From assembly GCA_964276515.1 (NCBI GenBank), contig OZ193910.1, positions 7,254,001 to 7,318,000 on the forward strand: DNA of 64,000 bases, read 5' to 3'. Position 1 is the stretch's first letter, and every line of letters starts with the position of its first letter. The stretch is from Gordius albopunctatus (taxonomy: Eukaryota). The position numbers and the translations under genes were made by a program. Below the pieces are notes generated by a model. The model saw only the letters and a list, made by a program, of their open reading frames with translations, made no database searches and had not been told where the DNA came from. Below are positions 45,101 through 60,290 of this stretch, piece by piece.

Positions 45101-45290
45101 TAATTAGAAAACTATTACTTTGAAATCATCATCGCATAGAGCATGTTTAAATAATTAAGCACTCACGTTGCGATACAACAAATTAATCGCAACAATATAA
45201 CGTTGTCTTTTCTCAAAATGATTGTTCTCGCAGCTTAAAACTTCTAATAAGGAGTCGATCGAGAATAATAGGATTCTCAAATGAGCTTAC
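39130..45290. repeat. 6-monomer (2,055 bp) higher-order repeat, about three copies
   Basis: aagcCctcac at 39337/41392/43447 and tctcgcagGt at 40431/42486/44541, all exactly 2055 bp apart. Confidence 0.92.
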
Positions 45291-48200
45291 TTTTATATAT
45301 TTTTTCAAGCTCTTTTACATAAAATAACAAAAAATATATTTTTTCAGGTTAAAATAATTCACAATTTTTTCCTTTCAACCATATTCAACCGATGAAAGTT
45401 GTTATTTTCAGACGTGATTTCGATGATAAAAAGTCAAAATTTATCATAATTAGAAAACTATTACTTTGAAATCATCATCGCATAGAGCATGTTTAAATAA
45501 TTAAGCACTCACGTTGCGATACAACAAATTAATCGCAACAATATAACGTTGTCTTTTCTCAAAATGATTGTTCTCGCAGCTTAAAACTTCTAATAAGGAG
45601 TCGATCGAGAATAATAGGATTCTCAAATGAGCTTACTTTTATATATTTTTTCAAGCTCTTTTACATATAATAACAAAAAAAATATTTTTTCAGGTTAAAT
45701 AATTCACAATTTTTTCCTTTCAACCATATTCAACCGATGAAAGTTGTTATTTTCAGACGTGATTTCCATGATAAAAAGTCAAAATTTAGCAGAATTAGAA
45801 AACTATTACTTTGAAATCATCATCGCATAGAGCATGTTTAAATAATTAAGCACTCACGTTGCGATACAACTAATCGCAACAATATAACGTTGTCTTTTCT
45901 CAAAATGATTGTTCTCGCAGCTTAAAACTTCTAATAAGGAGTCGATCGAGAATAATAGGATTCTCAAATGAGCTTACTTTTATATATTTTTCAAGCTCTT
46001 TTACATAAAATAACAAAAAATATATTTTTTCAGGTTAAAATAATTCACAATTTTTTCCTTTCAACCATATTCAACCGATGAAAGTTGTTATTTTCAGACG
46101 TGATTTCGATGATAAAAAGTCAAAATTTATCAGAATTAGAAAACTATTACTTTGAAATCATCATCGCATAGAGCATGTTTAAATAATTAAGCACTCACGT
46201 TGCGATACAACTAATCGCAACAATATAACGTTGTCTTTTCTCAAAATGATTGTTCTCGCAGCTTAAAACTTCTTTCTAAAGTCAATCGAGGATAAAAGGT
46301 TTCTCAAATTGGCTTACTTTAAAATATTTTTTCAAGCTCTTTTACATAAAATAACAAAAAATATATTTTTTCAGGTTAAAATAATTCACAATTTTTTCCT
46401 TTCAACCATATTCAACCGATGAAATTTGTTATTTTCAGACGTGATTTCCATGATAAAAAGTCAAAATTTATCAGAATTAGAAAACTATTACTTTGAAATC
46501 ATCATCGCATAGAGCATGTTTAAATAATTAAGCACTCACGTTGCGATACAACTAATCGCAACAATATAACGTTGTCTTTTCTCAAAATGATTGTTCTCGC
46601 AGCTTAAAACTTCTAATAAGGAGTCGATCGAGAATAATAGGATTCTCAAATGAGCTTACTTTTATATATTTTTTCAAGCTCTTTTACATAAAATAACAAA
46701 AAATATATTTTTTCAGGTTAAAATAATTCACAATTTTTTCCTTTCAACCATATTCAACCGATGAAAGTTGTTATTTTCAGACGTGATTTCGATGATAAAA
46801 AGTCAAAATTTATCATAATTAGAAAACTATTACTTTGAAATCATCATCGCATAGAGCATGTTTAAATAATTAAGCACTCACGTTGCGATACAACAAATTA
46901 ATCGCAACATTATAACGTTGTCTTTTCTCAAAATGATTGTTCTCGCAGCTTAAAACTTCTAATAAGGAGTCGATCGAGAATAATAGGATTCTCAAATGAG
47001 CTTACTTTTATATATTTTTTCAAGCTCTTTTACATAAAATAACAAAAAAAATATTTTTTCAGGTTAAATAATTCACAATTTTTTCCTTTCAACCATATTC
47101 AACCGATGAAAGTTGTTATTTTCAGACGTGATTTCCATGATAAAAAGTCAAAATTTAGCAGAATTAGAAAACTATTACTTTGAAATCATCATCGCATAGA
47201 GCATGTTTAAATAATTAAGCACTCACGTTGCGATACAACTAATCGCAACAATATAACGTTGTCTTTTCTCAAAATGATTGTTCTCGCAGCTTAAAACTTC
47301 TAATAAGGAGTCGATCGAGAATAATAGGATTCTCAAATGAGCTTACTTTTATATATTTTTCAAGCTCTTTTACATAAAATAACAAAAAATATATTTTTTC
47401 AGGTTAAAATAATTCACAATTTTTTCCTTTCAACCATATTCAACCGATGAAAGTTGTTATTTTCAGACGTGATTTCGATGATAAAAAGTCAAAATTTATC
47501 AGAATTAGAAAACTATTACTTTGAAATCATCATCGCATAGAGCATGTTTAAATAATTAAGCACTCACGTTGCGATACAACTAATCGCAACAATATAACGT
47601 TGTCTTTTCTCAAAATGATTGTTCTCGCAGCTTAAAACTTCTTTCTAATGTCAATCGAGGATAAAAGGTTTCTCAAATTGGCTTACTTTAAAATATTTTT
47701 TCAAGCTCTTTTACATAAAATAACAAAAAATATATTTTTTCAGGTTAAAATAATTCACAATTTTTTCCTTTCAACCATATTCAACCGATGAAAGTTGTTA
47801 TTTTCAGACGTGATTTCCATGATAAAAAGTCAAAATTTATCAGAATTAGAAAACTATTACTTTGAAATCATCATCGCATAGAGCATGTTTAAATAATTAA
47901 GCACTCACGTTGCGATACAACTAATCGCAACAATATAACGTTGTCTTTTCTCAAAATGATTGTTCTCGCAGCTTAAAACTTCTAATAAGGAGTCGATCGA
48001 GAATAATAGGATTCTCAAATGAGCTTACTTTTATATATTTTTTCAAGCTCTTTTACATAAAATAACAAAAAATATATTTTTTCAGGTTAAAATAATTCAC
48101 AATTTTTTCCTTTCAACCATATTCAACCGATGAAAGTTGTTATTTTCAGACGTGATTTCCATGATAAAAAGTCAAAATTTAGCAGAATTAGAAAACTATT

Positions 48201-51200
48201 ACTTTGAAATCATCATCGCATAGAGCATGTTTAAATAATTAAGCACTCACGTTGCGATACAACTAATCGCAACAATATAACGTTGTCTTTTCTCAAAATG
48301 ATTGTTCTCGCAGGTTAAAACTTCTTTCTGAAGTCAATCGAGGATAAAAGGTTTCTCTAATTGGCTTACTTTAATATATTTTTTCAAGCTCTTTTACATA
48401 AAATAACAAAAAAAATATTTTTTCAGGTTAAATAATTCACAATTTTTTCCTTTCAACCATATTCAACCGATGAAAGTTGTTATTTTCAGACGTGATTTCC
48501 ATGATAAAAAGTCAAAATTAAGCAGAATTAGAAAAATATTACTTTGAAATCATCATCGCATAGAGCATGTTTAAATAATTAAGCACTCACGTTGCGATAC
48601 AACTAATCGCAACAATATAACGTTGTCTTTTCTCAAAATGATTGTTCTCGCAGGTTAAAACTTCTTTCTGAAGTCAATCGAGGATAAAAGGTTTCTCTAA
48701 TTGGCTTACTTTAATATATTTTTTCAAGCTCTTTTACATAAAATAACAAAAAAAATATTTTTTCAGGTTAAATAATTCACAATTTTTTCCTTTCAACCAT
48801 ATTCAACCGATGAAAGTTGTTATTTTCAGACGTGATTTCCATGATAAAAAGTCAAAATTAAGCAGAATTAGAAAAATATTACTTTGAAATCATCATCGCA
48901 TAGAGCATGTTTAAATAATTAAGCACTCACGTTGCGATACAACTAATCGCAACAATATAACGTTGTCTTTTCTCAAAATGATTGTTCTCGCAGCTTAAAA
49001 CTTCTTTCTAAAGTCAATCGAGGATAAAAGGTTTCTCAAATTGGCTTACTTTAAAATATTTTTTCAAGCTCTTTTACATAAAATAACAAAAAATATATTT
49101 TTTCAGGTTAAAATAATTCACAATTTTTTCCTTTCAACCATATTCAACCGATGAAAGTTGTTATTTTCAGACGTGATTTCCATGATAAAAAGTCAAAATT
49201 TATCAGAATTAGAAAACTATTACTTTGAAATCATCATCGCATAGAGCATGTTTAAATAATTAAGCACTCACGTTGCGATACAACTAATCGCAACAATATA
49301 ACGTTGTCTTTTCTCAAAATGATTGTTCTCGCAGCTTAAAACTTCTAATAAGGAGTCGATCGAGAATAAAAGGATTCTCAAATGAGCTTACTTTTATATA
49401 TTTTTTCAAGCTCTTTTACATAAAATAACAAAAAATATATTTTTTCAGGTTAAAATAATTCACAATTTTTTCCTTTCAACCATATTCAACCGATGAAAGT
49501 TGTTATTTTCAGACGTGATTTCCATGATAAAAAGTCAAAATTTAGCAGAATTAGAAAACTATTACTTTGAAATCATCATCGCATAGAGCATGTTTAAATA
49601 ATTAAGCACTCACGTTGCGATACAACTAATCGCAACAATATAACGTTGTCTTTTCTCAAAATGATTGTTCTCGCAGCTTAAAACCTCTAATAAGGAGTCG
49701 ATCGAGAATAATAGGATTCTCAAATGACCTTACTTTTATATATTTTTCAAGCTCTTTTACATAAAATAACAAAAAATATATTTTTTCAGGTTAAAATAAT
49801 TCACAATTTTTTCCTTTCAACCATATTCAACCGATGAAAGTTGTTATTTTCAGACGTGATTTCGATGATAAAAAGTCAAAATTTAGCAGAATTAGAAAAC
49901 TATTACTTTGAAATCATCATCGCATAGAGCATGTTTAAATAATTAAGCACTCACGTTGCGATACAACAAATTAATCGCAACAATATAACGTTGTCTTTTC
50001 TCAAAATGATTGTTCTCGCAGCTTAAAACTTCTAATAAGGAGTCGATCGAGAATAATAGGATTCTCAAATGAGCTTACTTTTATATATTTTTTCAAGCTC
50101 TTTTACATAATATAACAAAAAATATATTTTTTCAGGTTAAAATAATTCACAATTTTTTCCTTTCAACCATATTCAACCGATGAAAGTTGTTATTTTCAGA
50201 CGTGATTTCGATGATAAAAAGTCAAAATTTATCATAATTAGAAAACTATTACTTTGAAATCATCATCGCATAGAGCATGTTTAAATAATTAAGCACTCAC
50301 GTTGCGATACAACAAATTAATCGCAACAATATAACGTTGTCGTTTCTCAAAATGATTGTTCTCGCAGCTTAAAACTTCTAATAAGGAGTCGATCGAGAAT
50401 AATAGGATTCTCAAATGAGCTTACTTTTATATATTTTTTCAAGCTCTTTTACATAAAATAACAAAAAATATATTTTTTCAGGTTAAAATAATTCACAATT
50501 TTTTCCTTTCAACCATATTCAACCGATGAAAGTTGTTATTTTCAGACGTGATTTCCATGATAAAAAGTCAAAATTTATCATAATTAGAAAACTATTACTT
50601 TGAAATCATCATCGCATAGAGCATGTTTAAATAATTAAGCACTCACGTTGCGATACAACTAATCGCAACAATATAACGTTGTCTTTTCTCAAAATGATTG
50701 TTCTCGCAGCTTAAAACTTCTAATAAGGAGTCGATCGAGAATAATAGGATTCTCAAATGAGCTTACTTTTATATATTTTTCAAGCTCTTTTACATAAAAT
50801 AACAAAAAATATATTTTTTCAGGTTAAAATAATTCACAATTTTTTCCTTTCAACCATATTCAACCGATGAAAGTTGTTATTTTCAGACGTGATTTCGATG
50901 ATAAAAAGTCAAAATTTATCAGAATTAGAAAACTATTACTTTGAAATCATCATCGCATAGAGCATGTTTAAATAATTAAGCACTCACGTTGCGATACAAC
51001 TAATCGCAACAATATAACGTTGTCTTTTCTCAAAATGATTGTTCTCGCAGCTTAAAACTTCTTTCTAAAGTCAATCGAGGATAAAAGGTTTCTCAAATTG
51101 GCTTACTTTAAAATATTTTTTCAAGCTCTTTTACATAAAATAACAAAAAATATATTTTTTCAGGTTAAAATAATTCACAATTTTTTCTTTTCAACCATAT

Positions 51201-53169
51201 TCAACCGATGAAAGTTGTTATTTTCAGACGTGATTTCCATGATAAAAAGTCAAAATTTATCAGAATTAGAAAACTATTACTTTGAAATCATCATCGCATA
51301 GAGCATGTTTAAATAATTAAGCACTCACGTTGCGATACAACTAATCGCAACAATATAACGTTGTCTTTTCTCAAAATGATTGTTCTCGCAGCCTAAAACT
51401 TCTAATAAGGAGTCGATCGAGAATAATAGGATTCTCAAATGAGCTTACTTTTATATATTTTTTCAAGCTCTTTTACATAAAATAACAAAAAATATATTTT
51501 TTCAGGTTAAAATAATTCACAATTTTTTCCTTTCAACCATATTCAACCGATGAAAGTTGTTATTTTCAGACGTAATTTCGATGATAAAAAGTCAAAATTT
51601 ATCAGAATTAGAAAACTATTACTTTGAAATCATCATCGCATAGAGCATGTTTAAATAATTAAGCACTCACGTTGCGATACAACTAATCGCAACAATATAA
51701 CGTTGTCTTTTCTCAAAATGATTGTTCTCGCAGCCTAAAACTTCTAATAAGGAGTCGATCGAGAATAATAGGATTCTCAAATGAGCTTACTTTTATATAT
51801 TTTTTCAAGCTCTTTTACATAAAATAACAAAAAAAATATTTTTTCAGGTTAAAATAATTCACAATTTTTTCCTTTCAACCATATTCAACCGATCAAAGTT
51901 GTTATTTTCAGACGTGATTTCCATGATAAAAAGTCAAAATTTATCAGAATTAGAAAACTATTACTTTGAAATCATCATCGCATAGAGCATGTTTAAATAA
52001 TTAAGCACTCACGTTGCGATACAACAAATTAATCGCAACAATATAACGTTGTCTTTTCTCAAAATGATTGTTCTCGCAGCTTAAAAATTCTTTCTAAAGT
52101 CAATCGAGGATAAAAGGTTTCTCAAATTGGCTTACTTTAAAATATTTTTTCAAGCTCTTTTACATAAAATAACAAAAAATATATTTTTTCAGGTTAAAAT
52201 AATTCACAATTTTTTCCTTTCAACCATATTCAACCGATCAAAGTTGTTATTTTCAGACGTGATTTCCATGATAAAAAGTCAAAATTTATCAGAATTAGAA
52301 AACTATTACTTTGAAATCATCATCGCATAGAGCATGTTTAAATAATTAAGCACTCACGTTGCGATACAACTAATCGCAACAATATAACGTTGTCTTTTCT
52401 CAAAATGATTGTTCTCGCAGCTTAAAACTTCTAATAAGGAGTCGATCGAGAATAATAGGATTCTCAAATGAGCTTACTTTTATATATTTTTTCAAGCTCT
52501 TTTACATAAAATAACAAAAAATATGTTTTTTCAGGTTAAAATAATTCACAATTTTTTCCTTTCAACCATATTCAACCGATCAAAGTTGTTATTTTCAGAC
52601 GTGATTTCCATGATAAAAAGTCAAAATTTATCAGAATTAGAAAACTATTACTTTGAAATCATCATCGCATAGAGCATGTTTAAATAATTAAGCACTCACG
52701 TTGCGATACAACAAATTAATCGCAACAATATAACGTTGTCTTTTCTCAAAATGATTGTTCTCGCAGCTTAAAAATTCTTTCTAAAGTCAATCGAGGATAA
52801 AAGGTTTCTCAAATTGGCTTACTTTAAAATATTTTTTCAAGCTCTTTTACATAAAATAACAAAAAATATATTTTTTCAGGTTAAAATAATTCACAATTTT
52901 TTCCTTTCAACCATATTCAACCGATGAAAGTTGTTATTTTCAGACGTGATTTCCATGATAAAAAGTCAAAATTTATCAGAATTAGAAAACTATTACTTTG
53001 AAATCATCATCGCATAGAGCATGTTTAAATAATTAAGCACTCACGTTGCGATACAACTAATCGCAACAATATAACGTTGTCTTTTCTCAAAATGATTGTT
53101 CTCGCAGCTTAAAACTTCTAATAAGGAGTCGATCGAGAATAATAGGATTCTCAAATGAGCTTTCTTTTA

Positions 53170-56100
53170 TATATTTTTTCAAGCTCTTTTACATAAAATA
53201 ACAAAAAATATATTTTTCAGGTTAAAATAATTCACAATTTTTTCCTTTCAACCATATTCAACCGATGAAAGTTGTTATTTTCAGACGTGATTTCCATGAT
53301 AAAAAGTCAAAATTTATCATAATTAGAAAACTATTACTTTGAAATCATCATCGCATAGAGCATGTTTAAATAATTAAGCCCTCACGTTGCGATACAACAA
53401 ATCAATCGCAACAATATAACGTTGTCTTTTCTAAAAATGATTGTTCTCGCAGCTTAAAACTTCTTATAAGGAGTCGATCGAGATTAATAGGATTCTCAAA
53501 TCAGCTTACTTTTATATATTTTTTCAAGCCCTTTTACATAAAATAACAAAAAATATATTTTTCAGGTTAAAATAATTCACAATTTTTTCCTTTCAACCAT
53601 ATTCAACCAATGAAAGTTGTTATTTTCAGACGTGATTTCCATGATAAAAAGTCAAAATTTATCATAATTAGAAAACCATTACTTTGAAATCATCATCGCA
53701 TAGAGCATGTTTAAATAATTAAGCACTCACGTTGCGATACAACTAATCGCAACAATATAACGTTGTCTTTTCTCAAAATGATTGTTCTCGCAGCTTAAAA
53801 CTTCTAATAAGGAGTCGATCGAGAATAATAGGATTCTCAAATGAGCTTACTTTTATATATTTTTCAAGCTCTTTTACATAAAATAACAAAAAATATATTT
53901 TTTCAGGTTAAAATAATTCACAATTTTTTCCTTTCAACCATATTCAACCGATGAAAGTTGTTATTTTCAGACGTGATTTCGATGATAAAAAGTCAAAATT
54001 TATCAGAATTAGAAAACTATTACTTTGAAATCATCATCGCATAGAGCATGTTTAAATAATTAAGCACTCACGTTGCGATACAACTAATCGCAACAATATA
54101 ACGTTGTCTTTTCTCAAAATGATTGTTCTCGCAGCTTAAAACTTCTTTCTAAAGTCAATCGAGGATAAAAGGTTTCTCAAATTGGCTTACTTTAAAATAT
54201 TTTTTCAAGCTCTTTTACATAAAATAACAAAAAATATATTTTTTCAGGTTAAAATAATTCACAATTTTTTCCTTTCAACCATATTCAACCGATGAAAGTT
54301 GTTATTTTCAGACGTGATTTCCATGATAAAAAGTCAAAATTTATCAGAATTAGAAAACTATTACTTTGAAATCATCATCGCATAGAGCATGTTTAAATAA
54401 TTAAGCACTCACGTTGCGATACAACTAATCGCAACAATATAACGTTGTCTTTTCTCAAAATGATTGTTCTCGCAGCTTAAAACTTCTAATAAGGAGTCGA
54501 TCGAGAATAATAGGATTCTCAAATGAGCTTACTTTTATATATTTTTTCAAGCTCTTTTATATAAAATAACAAAAAATATATTTTTTCAGGTTAAAATAAT
54601 TCACAATTTTTTCCTTTCAACCATATTCAACCGATGAAAGTTGTTATTTTCAGACGTGATTTCCATGATAAAAAGTCAAAATTTAGCAGAATTAGAAAAC
54701 TATTACTTTGAAATCATCATCGCATAGAGCATGTTTAAATAATTAAGCACTCACGTTGCGATACAACAAATTAATCGCAACAATATAACGTTGTCTTTTC
54801 TCAAAATGATTGTTCTCGCAGCTTAAAACTTCTAATAAGGAGTCGATCGAGAATAATAGGATTCTCAAATGAGCTTACTTTTATATATTTTTTCAAGCTC
54901 TTTTACATAAAATAACAAAAAATATATTTTTTCAGGTTAAAATAATTCACAATTTTTTCCTTTCAACCATATTCAACCGATGAAAGTTGTTATTTTCAGA
55001 CGTGATTTCCATGATAAAAAGTCAAAATTTATCAGAATTAGAAAACTATTACTTTGAAATCATCATCGTATAGAGCATGTTTAAATAATTAAGCACTCAC
55101 GTTGCGATACAACAAATTAATCGCAACAATATAACGTTGTCTTTTCTAAAAATGATTGTTCTCGCAGCTTAAAACTTCTTATAAGGAGTCGATCGAGATT
55201 AATAGGATTCTCAAATCAGCTTACTTTTATATATTTTTTCAAGCTCTTTTACATAAAATAACAAAAAATATATTTTTCAGGTTAAAATAATTCACAATTT
55301 TTTCCTTTCAACCATATTCAACCGATGAAAGTTGTTATTTTCAGACGTGATTTCCATGATAAAAAGTCAAAATTTATCATAATTAGAAAACTATTACTTT
55401 GAAATCATCATCGCATAGAGCATGTTTAAATAATTAAGCCCTCACGTTGCGATACAACAAATCAATCGCAACAATATAACGTTGTCTTTTCTAAAAATGA
55501 TTGTTCTCGCAGCTTAAAACTTCTTATAAGGAGTCGATCGAGATTAATAGGATTCTCAAATCAGCTTACTTTTATATATTTTTTCAAGCCCTTTTACATA
55601 AAATAACAAAAAATATATTTTTCAGGTTAAAATAATTCACAATTTTTTCCTTTCAACCATATTCAACCAATGAAAGTTGTTATTTTCAGACGTGATTTCC
55701 ATGATAAAAAGTCAAAATTTATCATAATTAGAAAACCATTACTTTGAAATCATCATCGCATAGAGCATGTTTAAATAATTAAGCACTCACGTTGCGATAC
55801 AACTAATCGCAACAATATAACGTTGTCTTTTCTCAAAATGATTGTTCTCGCAGCTTAAAACTTCTAATAAGGAGTCGATCGAGAATAATAGGATTCTCAA
55901 ATGAGCTTACTTTTATATATTTTTCAAGCTCTTTTACATAAAATAACAAAAAATATATTTTTTCAGGTTAAAATAATTCACAATTTTTTCCTTTCAACCA
56001 TATTCAACCGATGAAAGTTGTTATTTTCAGACGTGATTTCGATGATAAAAAGTCAAAATTTATCAGAATTAGAAAACTATTACTTTGAAATCATCATCGC

Positions 56101-57230
56101 ATAGAGCATGTTTAAATAATTAAGCACTCACGTTGCGATACAACTAATCGCAACAATATAACGTTGTCTTTTCTCAAAATGATTGTTCTCGCAGCTTAAA
56201 ACTTCTTTCTAAAGTCAATCGAGGATAAAAGGTTTCTCAAATTGGCTTACTTTAAAATATTTTTTCAAGCTCTTTTACATAAAATAACAAAAAATATATT
56301 TTTTCAGGTTAAAATAATTCACAATTTTTTCCTTTCAACCATATTCAACCGATGAAAGTTGTTATTTTCAGACGTGATTTCCATGATAAAAAGTCAAAAT
56401 TTATCAGAATTAGAAAACTATTACTTTGAAATCATCATCGCATAGAGCATGTTTAAATAATTAAGCACTCACGTTGCGATACAACTAATCGCAACAATAT
56501 AACGTTGTCTTTTCTCAAAATGATTGTTCTCGCAGCTTAAAACTTCTAATAAGGAGTCGATCGAGAATAATAGGATTCTCAAATGTGCTTACTTTTATAT
56601 ATTTTTTCAAGCTCTTTTATATAAAATAACAAAAAATATATTTTTTCAGGTTAAAATAATTCACAATTTTTTCCTTTCAACCATATTCAACCGATGAAAG
56701 TTGTTATTTTCAGACGTGATTTCCATGATAAAAAGTCAAAATTTAGCAGAATTAGAAAACTATTACTTTGAAATCATCATCGCATAGAGCATGTTTAAAT
56801 AATTAAGCACTCACGTTGCGATACAACAAATTAATCGCAACAATATAACGTTGTCTTTTCTCAAAATGATTGTTCTCGCAGCTTAAAACTTCTAATAAGG
56901 AGTCGATCGAGAATAATAGGATTCTCAAATGAGCTTACTTTTATATATTTTTTCAAGCTCTTTTACATAAAATAACAAAAAATATATTTTTTCAGGTTAA
57001 AATAATTCACAATTTTTTCCTTTCAACCATATTCAACCGATGAAAGTTGTTATTTTCAGACGTGATTTCCATGATAAAAAGTCAAAATTTAGCAGAATTA
57101 GAAAACTATTACTTTGAAATCATCATCGCATAGAGCATGTTTAAATAATTAAGCACTCACGTTGCGATACAACAAATTAATCGCAACAATATAACGTTGT
57201 CTTTTCTCAAAATGATTGTTCTCGCAGCTT
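53170..57230. repeat. 6-monomer (2,060 bp) tandem duplication
   Basis: Private variants caagcCcttt (ttttcaagcc at 53521/55581), caaccAatga and gaaaacCatt recur at +2060. Confidence 0.88.
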
Positions 57231-58399
57231 AAAAATTCTTTCTAAAGTCAATCGAGGATAAAAGGTTTCTCAAATTGGCTTACTTTAAAATATTTTTTCA
57301 AGCTCTTTTACATAGAATAACAAAAAATATATTTTTTCAGGTTAAAATAATTCACAATTTTTTCCTTTCAACCATATTCAACCGATGAAAGTTGTTATTT
57401 TCAGACGTGATTTCCATGATAAAAAGTCAAAATTTAGCAGAATTAGAAAAATATTACTTTGAAATCATCATCGCATAGAGCATGTTTAAATAATTAAGCA
57501 CTCACGTTGCGATACAACTAATCGCAACAATATAACGTTGTCTTTTCTCAAAATGATTGTTCTCGCAGCTTAAAACTTCTTTCTAAAGTCAATCGAGGAT
57601 AAAAGGTTTCTCAAATTGGCTTACTTTAAAATATTTTTTCAAGCTCTTTTACATAAAATAACAAAAAATATATTTTTTCAGGTTAAAATAATTCACAATT
57701 TTTTCCTTTCAACCATATTCAACCGATGAAAGTTGTTATTTTCAGACGTGATTTCCATGATAAAAAGTCAAAATTTATCAGAATTAGAAAACTATTACTT
57801 TGAAATCATCATCGCATAGAGCATGTTTAAATAATTAAGCACTCACGTTGCGATACAACTAATCGCAACAATATAACGTTGTCTTTTCTCAAAATGATTG
57901 TTCTCGCAGCTTAAAACTTCTAATAAGGAGTCGATCGAGAATAATAGGATTCTCAAATGAGCTTACTTTTATATATTTTTTCAAGCTCTTTTACATAAAA
58001 TAACAAAAAATATATTTTTTCAGGTTAAAATAATTCACAATTTTTTCCTTTCAACCATATTCAACCGATGAAAGTTGTTATTTTCAGACGTGATTTCCAT
58101 GATAAAAAGTCAAAATTTAGCAGAATTAGAAAACTATTACTTTGAAATCATCATCGCATAGAGCATGTTTAAATAATTAAGCACTCACGTTGCGATACAA
58201 CTAATCGCAACAATATAACGTTGTCTTTTCTCAAAATGATTGTTCTCGCAGCTTAAAACCTCTAATAAGGAGTCGATCGAGAATAATAGGATTCTCAAAT
58301 GACCTTACTTTTATATATTTTTCAAGCTCTTTTACATAAAATAACAAAAAATATATTTTTTCAGGTTAAAATAATTCACAATTTTTTCCTTTCAACCAT

Positions 58400-60290
58400 A
58401 TTCAACCGATGAAAGTTGTTATTTTCAGACGTGATTTCCATGATAAAAAGTCAAAATTTATCAGAATTAGAAAACTATTACTTTGAAATCATCATCGCAT
58501 AGAGCATGTTTAAATAATTAAGCACTCACGTTGCGATACAACTAATCGCAACAATATAACGTTGTCTTTTCTCAAAATGATTGTTCTCGCAGCTTAAAAC
58601 TTCTAATAAGGAGTCGATCGAGAATAATAGGATTCTCAAATGAGCTTACTTTTATATATTTTTTCAAGCTCTTTTACATAAAATAACAAAAAATATGTTT
58701 TTTCAGGTTAAAATAATTCACAATTTTTTCCTTTCAACCATATTCAACCGATCAAAGTTGTTATTTTCAGACGTGATTTCCATGATAAAAAGTCAAAATT
58801 TATCAGAATTAGAAAACTATTACTTTTAAATCATCATCGCATAGAGCATGTTTAAATAATTAAGCACTCACGTTGCGATACAACTAATCGCAACAATATA
58901 ACGTTGTCTTTTCTCAAAATGATTGTTCTCGCAGCCTAAAACTTCTAATAAGGAGTCGATCGAGAATAATAGGATTCTCAAATGAGCTTACTTTTATATA
59001 TTTTTTCAAGCTCTTTTACATAAAATAACAAAAAATATATTTTTTCAGGTTAAAATAATTCACAATTTTTGCCTTTCAACCATATTCAACCGATGAAAGT
59101 TGTTATTTTCAGACGTAATTTCGATGATAAAAAGTCAAAATTTATCATAATTAGAAAACTATTACTTTGAAATCATCATCGTATAGAGCATGTTTAAATA
59201 ATTAAGCACTCACGTTGCGATACAACAAATTAATCGCAACAATATAACGTTGTCTTTTCTAAAAATGATTGTTCTCGCAGCTTAAAACTTCTTATAAGGA
59301 GTCGATCGAGATTAATAGGATTCTCAAATCAGCTTACTTTTATATATTTTTTCAAGCTCTTTTACATAAAATAACAAAAAATATATTTTTCAGGTTAAAA
59401 TAATTCACAATTTTTTCCTTTCAACCATATTCAACCGATGAAAGTTGTTATTTTCAGACGTGATTTCCATGATAAAAAGTCAAAATTTATCAGAATTAGA
59501 AAACTATTACTTTGAAATCATCATCGCATAGAGCATGTTTAAATAATTAAGCACTCACGTTGCGATACAACTAATCGCAACAATATAACGTTGTCTTTTC
59601 TCAAAATGATTGTTCTCGCAGCTTAAAACTTCTAATAAGGAGTCGATCGAGAATAATAGGATTCTCAAATGAGCTTACTTTTATATATTTTTTCAAGCTC
59701 TTTTACATAAAATAACAAAAAATATGTTTTTTCAGGTTAAAATAATTCACAATTTTTTCCTTTCAACCATATTCAACCGATCAAAGTTGTTATTTTCAGA
59801 CGTGATTTCCATGATAAAAAGTCAAAATTTATCAGAATTAGAAAACTATTACTTTTAAATCATCATCGCATAGAGCATGTTTAAATAATTAAGCACTCAC
59901 GTTGCGATACAACTAATCGCAACAATATAACGTTGTCTTTTCTCAAAATGATTGTTCTCGCAGCCTAAAACTTCTAATAAGGAGTCGATCGAGAATAATA
60001 GGATTCTCAAATGAGCTTACTTTTATATATTTTTTCAAGCTCTTTTACATAAAATAACAAAAAATATATTTTTTCAGGTTAAAATAATTCACAATTTTTG
60101 CCTTTCAACCATATTCAACCGATGAAAGTTGTTATTTTCAGACGTAATTTCGATGATAAAAAGTCAAAATTTATCATAATTAGAAAACTATTACTTTGAA
60201 ATCATCATCGTATAGAGCATGTTTAAATAATTAAGCACTTACGTTGCGATACAACAAATTAATCGCAACAATATAACGTTGTCTTTTCTC
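58400..60290. repeat. 3-monomer (1,029 bp) tandem duplication
   Basis: aattttTGcctttc (G at 59071/60100), ccgatCaaag and the A-like acttTTaaatc recur at +1029. Confidence 0.85.

Noticed and set aside
52127..52330. 67-aa ORF MAYFKIFFQ...
   Set aside because: It has a TTG start in satellite sequence and is open because of the ccgatGaaag to ccgatCaaag variant (52239) that removes a TGA. The I/F/K/N-rich composition simply reflects AT-rich DNA.
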